From contig NEEC01000015.1 in the NCBI GenBank assembly GCA_002189035.1, forward strand, positions 1,240,001 to 1,304,000: 64,000 nucleotides of DNA, read 5' to 3'. The notes under the pieces were generated by a model. It did no database searches. It was not told the DNA's origin and worked only from the letters and a program-made list of their open reading frames with translations. The first letter of the stretch is position 1. Each line of letters opens with the position of its first letter. Origin of the DNA: Utricularia gibba. Lineage: Eukaryota; Plantae; Magnoliophyta. Of the stretch, positions 33,101 to 46,299 are shown one piece after another. The translations under genes and the position numbers were made by a program.

Positions 33101-35371
33101 TTTAAGAACCAGCCACATTCCTTTCGAACTATGGTTAAGGTACATACAAGTAATCGATGCTCTCAACCTCCTGGAGGGTGCTGGGGATTTCACCATTCAA
33201 ATTGTTGAAACTCAGGTCCCTGCAAAAAGTAATAATACATAATAAGAAAAAGAGACACTCTCGTTATGAAAGAAATATGTCACAGTCCTTACAATGTTGT
33301 TAGATTACTCATGCTTCCTATGTATGGAGGAATCGGACCAGTGATTGAGCAATTTCTCAATATCCTGCATTGACATCCAACAAAACATTATACTTTTGAA
33401 GATTTAGGAGCCGTAAATTGCTTTAACCAATGCTACTTACAAGTCCTCCATTCTTGACAAACCTTGCAGATTAGGAAACCTTTGGCTTGGACCTCTCAAA
33501 TCTGCAATCCTCCTGATAGCATAATCCAACTAAAACTTCACGTCTTTTTTGGCTACTCAAGCTCAGCATGATCAAAGAAAAACCAAATCTATGCCTGTAT
33601 TTATTGGAATACGACATTCACAAATAGGGGGTACTCACAAGCCACTCAAGTTTCTCAATAAAGAAATTGTGCTTGGAATAGGACCCTCCATGGATGTGCC
33701 TTGCATGTCACTGATATAGATTTAATGCATAATTCACATGAATACTGCATATCATGAAAATTTCAAGAGGAATTGAGACAATTGCAATGTTTCTAACTTA
33801 CAGCCTTCCAATTCTGGTCCAATTGCCAATAAAATCAGGAATTCTCCCTGTCATCTGCGTCCCATCTATGCGACTACATTCAAAACAAAGAAGCTGGTAT
33901 TGACACACGTTCATGAACGAATTTTTGGCATATGATGTTTTGGGCTTCTAAGAGCATGCAACAGATCCAACGATGATCCTCTTACAAGTCTGTCAAGTTC
34001 CTCAGATTGGAAAAACTGGCTGGTATTGTCCCATTCAGAAAATTTGAAGACAGCATTCTGCAAAGGCAACCTCAGACTCAGAAAATGCGGTATGCCGAAC
34101 AAGCATCATGCTAAATTAAAATAAAAAAACAGTAATCTTACAGTCTCCTTAAATTGCTCAAATTTCCGAGACTTGCTGGAAGATTTCCCTCAAGGAGATT
34201 ATCTTCCAAAACCCTGCAGTTTTGTACAATGAAAGGTGGATGAAGAGTTTTATAAATGGAAAACGCATATGCTTTTCATCACTCACATTTCCTCAAGATT
34301 GGAGATGCTACCAAGTTCATCTGGGATTGGGCCACTAAGGCGGTTTCCAACAAGGGAACTGAAAAGAAACTACATTTAATCTGATTGTCAACATCTTCAT
34401 AATGATCATAGGTTACAAAAGCAAGCTTACAGTATTCGAACACGAAGCCGCCCATACGCTCTAGGTATTGTCCCATTCAGGTAATTCCGAGAAAGATCAC
34501 TAAAAAGATGAAAAAAGAGAAAGAATCAATCTTTTTTTCTGCCCTTTCATCTATTTAGTACAACCAAAGGATACAAAAGTTTATACTCACATCTCTTGTA
34601 AAAAGGTAAGATTCAGAAACTCCAAAGGCAAAGTTCCAGTCATATTTAGACCCCTCAGCCAGCTGAAAATAAAACATAATTTAAGAATGGCATTTTTGCA
34701 TTCATAATTTGCCGCTTGAAGGAGATTAAGATACGTACATGTTAGTAACATGGCATACAGTATTGTTGTTGAATGAACAGTCACAGACAACAGAGCTTAA
34801 TATTCTACGTCTAACGAAAGTCACATTAAATGCATCAGGATCAACGCAAGAACTCCTGGAGATATTGCTCCAGTAATTGTTCTGCAGCGTGGAGGATATG
34901 GCCTCAAGAGCTCGTACTGTTCGAAAAAATCAAAACTCCATGAGCAGTAGATAAAAAAAACAGCCCCACATGAGCAACAAAATCAGTGAACTCTAAATAG
35001 GCAGTAGGTAGATCGGAAAAATAATTCAGCATCATTAACTACATCTCCAAATTAAAGTTCTGTAAAGTTACTATGATTAAACTGAAACCTTCCTAAAATA
35101 ATGAGAACTTTAAAAGACCCTGGCATTCTTGACCAACCACAACAATAAGTTACCGTCCCAAGAATTCTACAGAAATCATACTTCAAAAGATACAAACACA
35201 CCAAATGAAAAGCAGCATTAAAATGCATCCAAAAGGGAAATCTTGCCAACCCGCTTCCCCATTTTTCCAACCAGCTTACACCAAGTAAAAAGAAGTCAAA
35301 CCTTCATCTTGAGGAATAAGTTGCGCCGCGCAAGTGCACAACAGCAGCGCGAAAACCCCGGAAAGAAGCAT
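30115..35371 (-). CDS. LRR-malectin receptor-like Ser/Thr kinase (LRR-VIII-2 type), tandem copy A; two 1-nt frameshifts as assembled (about 32023-32026 and 30364-30370)
   Basis: Signal peptide [23 protein letters not shown]; many short LRR exons; malectin domain ([19 protein letters not shown]...FAEIIF...[18 protein letters not shown]); TM helix; kinase motifs [46 protein letters not shown]. Confidence 0.9.
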
Positions 35372-37286
35372 TCTTTTCGAAATGTGAACACCGTCAGAGA
35401 CCCCCAAATGGAAAGATATTAAGTTCCCATCTTTTGACTCCGTACGAGTGGAAGCTTCATCAAACTGCAGCCGCAGTAGAAAGACACATCTCCACAAACA
35501 AACCGCTCAAATGCTACGGTTGGCAGATGGATTCAAATAAATGCTGTTTCTTAGAAACAGAAGACGGAGAGGAGAGGACCCAGCTTCGCTAGAGTGAAAC
35601 AGAGCATTGATTGGCGTTGGTACTCCTCCGGTGAAAACGAAGACGAAGTTATCCAGCAACGGCTGATGTGTAACGATGCGACGGGACAACGTCTATGAAT
35701 TTCACGAAATTATCCGTAAATTCAAATTAAACAAACAGAAATAAAAAAATAAAAAAAATAAACGTCAAAGCCTCTGCAGTCGCCCCGACGGTAATAATTT
35801 TTTAACCCTCAAAATTTCCGATTTTATTTTATAGTCACTTTCAAGTTTCTAATTTGAATTTACGTAATTTATTAAAATTTAAAAAATACTTTTAAATTTT
35901 AACATTTTTAAAAAATGATTTGTATTTTATAATAAAACTAATTGTTAATCGTTTTTTCAAAAGCAAAATAATTGGAATTTAATATGTTTTATTTGTGGGC
36001 ATGACTCAAAAAAAGCTTTTTTTTTTGAGAAATGATATTCTATATAATTAAGTAAAATATAGCACACATCTTGGGAAGATTCTTCTTTGAAAAAGCACCA
36101 AGATTTTTCTTTCTTTGTAAACCCATATTGAACAATTTTAAGTATTAAATAATTATTTATTCATTTTTTGATACAACTTTATACCTCGAATATTGCATAT
36201 TATTTTCATAAATCATGAATTTTTTGGCGAAATAAAATATTATACCAAAAATAACGCGAGGGAATGAGCCGATGACGGGAAGTTTGAAATTTACAAAAAT
36301 TATTTGGATGCAAAATGAGATTTCGAATTTGAGGAACGGTGCTGACTAATGATAATAATGATGAATTCAGGGGTCGATGTTTAATTTTGAAAGTGGTTTC
36401 ATGTGAACGGTCTGAAAACCAAAAAATGAATGTTCAAATAAAGACGCCAGAGGTATATTTGCAGTAAACCAAAATTCGGTGTTACAAATGTTATTTATTG
36501 ATCAGGTGGGCCCAGTTCAAACTGGCGCACGTGGCCTTACAATCCCATCCTTTTCCGACAGCTAATTTTGCCCGAACGTGGACCCCCCTCCACCCCAACC
36601 CAATCCTGTCACCAACTCCCAGCTTTGTTCTGGTACTTATTGGTGATTTAAGACATTTATCATATAATATATGAATTTTACTGTGAGAATTAATCAATGT
36701 TTTAAAAATGATTTGAATTCAATAACTGGAATCGGATTCAATAATTTTAATTGTATTTTAAAAAAATTTTAAAACTAAAAAAATATGATTTAAACAGATT
36801 TAACTCACTCCTCGTTTTAATCATGAGCTTACATTAAAGCAAATCTGGTCTTCCATTACACATGAGTTTAAAATACTGGAGTTAATATAACATTGGACTC
36901 ATTTTCCGATGAAGGGGCCCACAATGGAAATTAATGTATTGGCCCAATAAGCTGCGGGTGTCGGCCCAAGTACGGACCGAGGTAAGTATCCTGATATGAG
37001 CCCAACTAGTTCGTGTGGGATGGAATTGGAAGAAATTTGAAGAGAAACACCGAAATCACATTGGCTAATAATTTGGTAACCTATGCTTATCTTGTAATTA
37101 TTGATGTAATAAACAATGTTTATCCATGACAAATATGTGACAGGTTTTGATGGGGTTGGTTCTATGACATGTAACGAGGTTCCCAACGGGGAGTACGTGC
37201 ATGGTATACCATGAGAAACACAAGCCGCTTTAAAAGGGAAACAACCAGTGATCTTTGGTAAGCCTGTCGTCGCTTCCATCTCTGGT

Positions 37287-40200
37287 TCAAACTTTGGCCG
37301 GAGAAGATGAATCTGTCCACCCCGTGACGGAGGTATCGTGGTCCAGGGTCTCGTCAGACAACATCGACGCTCGTGTTTGGCTGTCCTGTGACACAACTTC
37401 AAGAGCCTTGAACCTGCCTTCTTCGTTCTGGGAGCTGCGCTTGATGACTGGTGCTTGAACTGGGATCTTCCCTTCGAGCATCTTCACCACAGAGGACATG
37501 GGGGGCCGGAGAGTTGGTGAGGGATTGGCACACAGAAGGGCCAGGTCTAGCATCCTCTTGACCTCTGTTTTTGAGTATTTTGAACCAAGGCTGGGATCCA
37601 CAAGCTCCAACAGGTTGCCTTGCTCGTGCAGAACATAAGCCTGAACACAGGGTTGGGTAACGTTGATCGATTGCCAGTGCAAAAATGCAGATGAAATTTG
37701 AACTGTGCACACAAGTTTACCCAGTCAAGAAGAAACACAAACTCCTCCCTTGGCCTGTAGTTAGTGTTGCTTTTTCCGCTGACAATTTCTAGCGCCACGA
37801 TTCCAAAGCTGTAGACATCAGCCTTATCCGTCAAATAGCCTCTCATTGCATACTCTGGAGCCATGTAGCCTCTGGGAGAACACATGAAAGGGAAAGTGTG
37901 AACATACACACACACACACAGCACAGAGATTTATATAGAAAAAAAGAGAAAGAAGCTTACATAGTCCCTGCGACTCTTGTGCTGATATGCGTATCTTCTT
38001 CTTCATCGAGCTTGGCTAAACCGAAATCGGATATCTTGGCATTCAAGTCCTTGTCAAGAAGAACATTGGTAGCTTTGATATCTCTGTGGACAATTTTTAG
38101 CCTCGACTCCTCATGAAGATAAGCAAGGCCTTTGGCTATCCCTATGCATATCTTCATTCTTGTTGGCCAGTCCAGCTTCAGTCGTTGCTCGTCACGGCCT
38201 AATTAATATACACAACAAACATAAGTATTACATGAGGGAATCTATCATGGACACCGTCTCCAGCTTACCAAATAAGGCACGAGCAAGACAGTTGTTTTCC
38301 AGATATTCATATACCAGGAGCAATTGGTTTGCTTCTATGCAACAGCCGAAAAGCCTCACAAGATTGGGATGCTGTACGGCAGAGATCACACCGATCTCAT
38401 TCAAAAATTCTCGGTTTCCCTGCTTTGACTTGGAGGAAAGCTGCTTGACTGCAATCAGGGTACCATCTGAAAGAGCCCCCTGAAGCAGCAAAGTTTGTTT
38501 CAGGTTCATCTAAAGTTGAACCTAAACTGATGAAACCAATACCTTAAAAACTGGCCCGAATCCTCCCTCGCCAATCTTGTTGGCAGCATCAAAGTTATTT
38601 GTGGCTGTTTTTAAATGTTTCAACGTGAAATACCCTGTTTGCAGATCAGGTGGTCGAAGATCTGTATCAAGGAATTGACAGGCAAAGAGTTAGGTGCAGA
38701 ATGAATATCTCAAAATAACTCCTCCAAGAGTAGGTAGGCTAGAAATATGATACCATTGTCATCAGCTTTTCCTCCTATGATTCCCGTTTTCCATAGAAGA
38801 AGTAAAGCAAGCAAAATTGCCACCACACACGCAGAAACAGCAATTCCAGCGATAGCTCCAGCAGACAGCCCTGTGCTAACGTTAAAGTCTACAAAGAAAC
38901 ACGAAGCCTTGTGATCCAATATTCCCAAGAAGAGAAAAAGGAAAACGTTAAGCTTGAAATAAAAAGATGTACTTGGTGTCACAGCAATGGCAGAAATCAG
39001 GGGTCCGTACGCCCCTCTATATGGAGTGGATGTTGTCCCTTGTCCTTTCCAGGATAAATGAATCTCCAGTGTGCTGCTATTCACAAGGACATTAAAGTCC
39101 CGGTATATGCCCCTCCTTACACCACCAGCTTCCCTTGCAATGTCGAAGTCTGACAAGACCACCTCACCCTACCATGAATTTATAATGAGGTAATTAGAAT
39201 CCAAGATGAATGTATAAACACTGATCAACTCACTTGGATTGCCACATCAAAAATCCTTCTCCCAAGGCTGCTGAAGTTGGCAGTCTCAGTGAACACTATT
39301 TCTGCAAAATGGAGGCGAACTCTGTAGCTACCTCTGCGCAAACAAAGCCCAAAGAACCTGAGAGAAGGGGAGAGACGTGCAGTTTGGTAAATTTCAGCAT
39401 CCCCAGATATCATAGCGGAGGCGTTTGACGCTAGAAAGGAGACAGCATCATTTCCCACGTAAACACCGTTGCTACTATATGCCCATCTATCATTATAGCT
39501 TTCAAAATGTGATGGCCCATCGCCAGTCAAGTTCTCATCATATTCATCATTTCCAATTCTTGTTGCACGTCCTCCACAGTTTATGAAAAATGAGAACCCT
39601 GCAAATGCAGTGAAATCAAGAGCATTTAATGAAAGAGTACTCCAAATTACAATCTCGAGATTTTATACTGTTCGCATTTCTAGGACAAGGGAGGTTTGGC
39701 CTCAGGCACCAAGCATTCCTACAAAATAAGTAAATGGTATGTTATGAAAAAAAATATAGAGAGAATCATGATTCATACTCTAATATACAATCTAGAAAAG
39801 CGCACATGTTACGTGTCGAACTTGAAAGACTGGCCACCAAGTTTCTGCAAACATACATGAACATTCAAGCAAACAGCTTTCAAATTAATTTTTATCACAT
39901 GCATTGTCAGAAATACTTACATATTAGTAGACTGGCAACCAACTAGGCGTGAACTTGTGAAATTGTTGAATGAGAGATCCCTGCAGTCAAAGATAGCCAT
40001 GAATTCCCGAAGCAATAGAAGACCGATGGATTGTTCCTTCTAGATTAAGTACGCAATTCTGATGTTTGTTAGAGTGGAACATCATCCAAATTCTTACATG
40101 TTTCGTCTACTATCCACGATCCAGTCAGGTACTTGTCCGGTCAATGAATTTTGAGACAAATATCTGCAGAAAATTTAAATATTGTCACCCCGTATCTGAT

Positions 40201-42484
40201 AAGAACCGCAAAACTCTTGGAACTTTAAGAACCAGTCACAGGCTCACAAACAACGCTTAGGTTACATACAAGAAACGGATCTGCCGAAGCTGTTGAAGTG
40301 TTCCAGGGACTTCACCATTCAAATTATTGACACTTAGGTCCCTGTGAAGAAGTGATAGTATATAAGTAGAAAAACGTCATATCCTTCAGACTAGAACATA
40401 AGCAGAAAGATTCTCTCGTTTAGCTTCAGACAATAACATATGCAAAAGGATGCTCTCATTTGAAGAAAAACATGCCCAAGTCCTTACAACGTTCCTAGAG
40501 TAGTCATGTTTCCCAAGTATATAGGGATCGGACCAGTGATTGAGCAATTTCTCAATATTCTGCATTCACATACAACAAAACATTATCCTTTGAGAGATTT
40601 TAAGGCCATGGATTATTTTTCAACAGTAGAACATACAACTCCTGCATTCTTGTCATATCTTGCAGATTAGGGAAACTTTGACTTGGTCCACGCAGATCCG
40701 TAATCCTCCTAGAAGGAGATTCATATGAGAGTCGGCATTTTACTATGTTAATCTTTATTGCAAGAGGCACTGAAAATAGGCACTTACAAATTACTCAAGT
40801 TTCGCAATTGAGCAAACGTGTTCGGAATAGGACCCTCCATCAATGTGCCTTGCATGTCACTGAAACACATTTAACCCACTGAACGCATGAAACTTACATA
40901 CAACGAAAACATAAAAAGTAAGAAGTGAAATAAAAGCAACATTTCTAACTTACAGTCTTCCAAGTCTGGTCAAGTTGCCAATAAAATCTGGAATTCTTCC
41001 AGTAATCTGTGTCCCATCTATGCGACTAAATTCAAAAAAAAAAATGACACTGAAACATATTCATGGACAAATTTGGGCGTAAATGTTTTGGGGCATCTAA
41101 GAAGATCTAAAAAATCCAGATAATGTTCTGCTTACAAGTCCCACAAGTTCCTCAGATTGGAAAAACTGCTTGGCAGCGTCCCATTAAGAAAATTTGCACT
41201 AAGTAATCTGCAGATTTAATCTCAGTTTCAGAGAGCACACCATTAACAGCCCTCGGCATCAGTTTTTTCATACTAAAGAAAAAATGAAATACTATTCAAA
41301 TAACTAGAAACAAGAGCAATCTTACAGTCTCCCTAAATTGCTCAAATTTCCTAGGCTTGCCGGAAGATTTCCCTCAAGCGAATTATCTTCCAAAACCCTG
41401 CAGTTTGTACAATGAAAAGTGGATGAAGAAGTTGTTTTAACCCAAACCAGATATGCTTTACATAACTCACAGTTCCTCAAGATTAGGCATGTCACCAATC
41501 TCATCTGGTATTGGACCATTAATACGGTTTCCGAGAAGGGACCTGAAAAGTACACTACATTTAATCTGACATTCGACATGTTTTGCTAGTTGTAGGTTAC
41601 CAAACCCGCTTACAAGAACCGAACACGAAGCTGCCCATATACTCTAGGAATCGTCCCATTCAGGTAATTCCGGGCAAGGTCACTGAAAAATGGTAAAAAA
41701 GAATCATGTTTTGGTCTTTCCGTGCAAGCTCAACTTTCAAAATTATTACATCTCACACTCCAGCACAACCACAAGAGGACACTTACATCTCCTGTAAGAA
41801 GGTAAGATTCACAAACTCTGAAGGCAAAGTTCCAGTCATATTTAGTCCCCTCAGCTGGCTGAAAATAAAAAGAATTTACGAGTGACAATTTGTATTGACG
41901 ATTTACTGCTTGAAGGAGATGATACGTACATGTTAGTAACATGGCAGACGGTATTGTTGCTGAATGAACAGTCACACACAACGGCACTTTGTATTCTACG
42001 CCCATCAAAACTCACGTTAAATGCATTAGGATCAACGCAAGAACTCCTTGATATGTTATTCCAGTAACTGTTTTCCAGGGTGGAGGATATCGCTTCAAGA
42101 GCTCGAACTGTTCAAAAGAATCAAACTTAGTACACGATCCCTAAATAAACACAGCATATGAACAGCAAACTTTCAAGAAAATCTGTGTTTTCCAATCGCG
42201 TCAAGAAAGTTGCTTCATAAAAATTTCGACCGCCCAAAACTTAAACTCGCTGCTTCGAGAATTTACAGTAATCAGAAACCATAAACAAAACGAAAAGGAA
42301 CATCAGAAAAATCAAAACCGGAAGTTGATCCAACCCATTCCTCCAGTACGTCCACCAGCTTACAACGTGACAAAAAAAAAAAAAAAAGGAAACGACTGAT
42401 CCTCCGAAACAAACCTTCATCCTGAGGAAGAAGTTGAGCGGCACAAGAACAGAAAAGCAGCGCAATAACACCAGCGAGTAGCAT
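37287..42484 (-). CDS. LRR-malectin receptor-like Ser/Thr kinase (LRR-VIII-2 type), tandem copy B
   Basis: Same architecture and exon pattern as copy A, starting [23 protein letters not shown]. It is in frame at both positions where copy A is shifted and ends at TGA 37287-37289. Not every LRR exon was traced. Confidence 0.92.
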
Positions 42485-43455
42485 TCTTCTCGAAATGCTT
42501 GACAGTCACAGGCCCTCGACAGAAATATATAAGGCGCCATATTTGACTCCGTACGAATGTAAACTTCATCAAACCAGTCAAATGCTACCCGGTTAGCGGA
42601 TTGATTCAAATGTGTATCCGGGATAGGGTTTGCGGAGAGGACCCAGTTTTGTTGAAGAAAAGAAAACCAGGGAAGGCGGATACCAGGCATGGTTGCAGTC
42701 TGCGGCGGAGCGCGTGGGTGCGGAGACTGTTTATGGAATGTTTTCCTAAAAATAAAAATAGAGCCATCAAATGGAAATAGAATGAATTTCATTTAAATTC
42801 CGATTTAAAATTGGGAATTATTTCAAATAAAAAATACATTAAAAAACTTAATTCAAAATTCATTTTTTATAAAAATATATTGATTTTCGATTTCATATTT
42901 TATAATCGATGCTAGAACGGTCGATTCATAAGCCATGGAACAAGTTGATATTGCTTACGTCTATCTATTTTATAGATCATTTTAATAAATTATTAATAAT
43001 GTGGACAAATTTGTTAGGGCAGGAGAGCCGCCTCGTCGGCACTGCTGGTGCTCGGCTGGCGGTATCATGATAAACATTGTAATTAATACAAAATGTTGGT
43101 GGGGTACAAATTATAATTACTAGAAACAATGGGCGGACGACATACTTAATTTGGAAGCTTTAGTACGGATGCGGATGACTCAATGAGTGAAAACACTGGA
43201 CCAAAACGAAATGGTAATAAAGAAAGATTTTTTTTAGTCACGTAAGTTAAACAGAAATCACTTAAATCCTTTTGTTTAAGATATATATATATAATAATAA
43301 TATATCTTGTGTGTAATTCTCTATTTGAAATAATTTATATTTTAAAAAATAGTTTTAAAAACAGTTTTATTATCAAATGATTTCTATTTTAAAAAAGATT
43401 AATTAAAATTTTTTTCCGATGTACTTTTCCAAAAATTTTATCAAATCAAAATTAA

Positions 43456-43522
43456 GGTAATGTTTGAAAAAATCAATCCATAATTAATTTTAACATAATT
43501 GAAAAAATTAATAAAATAACAT

Positions 43523-43577
<55 letters not shown>

Positions 43578-44003
43578 GAAGTATTTTTAAAATGATTATT
43601 ATAGAATTGATTAATCTTTTAAATAAAAAATAAAATTAATTTTTATAATTAAATTATATACTTATCCATATTTATTAATAATTATATTTTATATATTTAT
43701 TTAAATAAAATATATTATATAATATCAATATTTATCAAAACTTATCTAATATTATCCAAGTAATATTTATTTTTAAAATTATATTAAAAAATAAGTATAA
43801 TAATAAATCTATTTGTTACAATCATATTTTAAAAAATAATCCTATATAAGAAGCTATATATTCATATTTTTAGAGATTGAATTGACTATAAAAAAAAAAT
43901 CAATTCTCATAAGAAAAAATCATGTGCATATTTAAAATTTAAAATCAATTATATGAAAATAAAATTGAATTTAGTAGACTCTAATTAGTTTCAAGACATC
44001 GCC
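43456..44003. mobile_element. Tourist/PIF-Harbinger-like MITE (548 bp)
   Basis: TAA on both flanks (43453-43455 and 44004-44006). Left end GGTAATGTTTGAAA; reverse complement of the right end GGCGATGTCTTGAAA (2 mismatches and 1 indel). The interior is very AT-rich and non-coding. Confidence 0.55.
43525..43574. repeat. (AT)25 microsatellite inside the putative MITE
   Basis: Perfect AT dinucleotide run read directly from the sequence. Confidence 0.95.
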
Positions 44004-44197
44004 TAAGATATTGTATGTATAGTCATTGTTAGTGGGATAGTTCTCAGAAATTCAGACGTATGTGAAGGGCCGGCGAACCAAAGACGAAAACGTCTTAGCT
44101 TGAAGGGAAAGTAATCTCTGTTCGCAATTTGCTGGATGACTTTTTTGTAAGACGGTATTCTGCAAGAAGATCGATCCGGAGTGGTACGCGATAAGCG

Positions 44198-46299
44198 ATG
44201 GCGGCCGAGAAGGAACCGGCGAAGGCGTTGCTGCCGTATCTCCAGAGGGCGGATGAATTGCAGAAACACGAACCACTCGTCGCCTATTATTGTGATTCTA
44301 CTTTTATATTGCTTGCGTTTGTGATTGGAAGTGGAGTTTTGATGGGCTTTTCTAGTGTGGATTTGATCTTCGTTCGTGTATTGATATTGACAATAATCCA
44401 GGTCGACTTTACGCGATGGAGCGAGGTCTCAAGATTCCTCAGAGCGATCGAACTAAAACTACGAATGCCCTTCTTGTTTCCCTGATGAAGCAGCTGGAGA
44501 AGGTTGCATATTTCTCGATTTTGACTCTTATTGCACCGGTTAAGCAAGCATGTTAAGCTAATTCCTCCCTGCAATTTCTGATCTGTTCGAGTTTTAATTC
44601 ATTTCTGTTCCGATTACCCAATAACATCTCAGCCGTAAAGTTTTCATTTTGTTGTGGAATGATAGTTTACCCGTTTGGGATTATTTGTCACAAAATGAAT
44701 CAAATCTGAGGGAATTTGCGTTTGCGTAAGTATTGTGCGTGACTTCTCGATGTAATTGGCAGGACAAGAAATCATTGGTGCTGGAGCCTGATGATCATTT
44801 ACATTTGGAGGGTTTTGCCTCAAACGTCTTCGCTAAGGCGGACAAGCAAGACAGAGCAGGGCGGGCTGATTTGTGTGTACCCTGTGGCCCTGTAGTTTTA
44901 CTAGTGCTTTCTTTCCTCCATAGCCAACTGATCAGCTTATTTTTATGTGTTCACAATGGCTTTGCAGTTTGATGCATGGTATCTATGTTGGTGGTTGGCA
45001 TTCATTATATTGCTACTTTCTTGCGTCTGATATGCTACTTGGGATTGTGACATGATTTTATTCAATTAATATACTGCTGGTGATGTTTACCATGATGCAA
45101 ATTAGTAGAATTTGACCCAGCTCACCTAAGTATATAAGGGTGGTCGCATCCAGAATTCAGTTAATCTTCCATCGTTTTTTACAGGAGCACTGCAAAAACT
45201 TTCTATGCTGCCAGCATCTTCCTTGACATTCTCAATCAGTTTGGTCAACTTGAGCCTGATGTGAGTTTGATTTTATCTTATTTCTGAGCGCACCATTTTC
45301 ATCTCATCCTGTCATATTTCTTCTTTACAGCTTGAGCAGAAGCAGAAGTATGCGGTATGGAAAGCAGCAGATATAAGGAAAGCCTTGAATGAAGGAAGGA
45401 AGCCCATTCCAGGCCCTCCCGGTGGAGAGAATGACTCATATGTGCTGCCGAGTGCCTCATCTAGTGGTGAACATGTGAGGCAATTCTCACTGCAATTGGC
45501 TATGTTTCTTTGGAGTAGGTGTGGTCATCTGATGCTTTTCCCTATTTTCCAGCAGGGTGCAGAATTTGACGGAAATGGATCCTCTGCTCAACCAGGAAAC
45601 ACGAGTGTGCATCCTGCCAGAAGCAACGTATCAACGCCTGATGTATCACCCGATCTTCATCTCCGAGATGATTTTCAGCAACACACTAACTCACCTGAAC
45701 CTTTAAATCCTCCACAGTCGTCATCTTTCGGCATTTCCCCTCAATCCCAGTACTCCAGTACCGCTCCAGAACCTTCAAATGTTCCACAATCCTCTGCCTA
45801 TCCTATTTCCCCTCAGCCCCCATATCCAACCGATAGTGCTTATCAGCCATATTATCCACAACAATACCAGCCACCGCCTCAGCCTCCCTTTCATCAAGAT
45901 TACGGTTCTTCTTCACCTGACCCACACTCATATGTATACCCCAACTTCCAATCCTATCCTAGTTTTGCTGAGAGTAGCCTGCCGGCTGCTCCAACACATC
46001 ACCCTTCTCACTACCAGCCTTCTGATGCCTCTCCACCTTCCAACACCACGGTGTACCATTCCAGTTCTCCATATAACTCAGGTAAGGTGAATGGGAGTGC
46101 CCCGGATGCTCCACCACCGCCTAGCAGTCGGAAGTTTGAGTATGACAGCAGTTACCAGCCTCCACCAGACAGAATCGCTGAAGCACACAAGGCTGCAAGG
46201 TTTGCCGTGGGAGCTTTAGCATTTGATGATGTTTCAGTTGCAGTTGATCACCTTATCAAGTCTCTTGAGCTGTTAACAAATCCATCAGCCAAACACTGA
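44198..46299 (+). CDS. LIP5: LYST-interacting protein 5 / VTA1 (ESCRT regulator of SKD1/VPS4), multi-exon
   Basis: MIT region EPAKALLPYLQRADELQKHEPLVAYYC|RLYAMERGL, AKADKQDRAGRADL, QKYAVWKAADIRKAL; Pro/Ser/Tyr-rich linker; C-terminal AEAHKAARFAVGALAFDDVSVAVDHLIKSLELL. Confidence 0.95.

Noticed and set aside
36899-37402. 167-aa minus-strand ORF downstream of kinase B
   Set aside because: An alternative frame over the kinase tail and 3' UTR; no independent coding signal.
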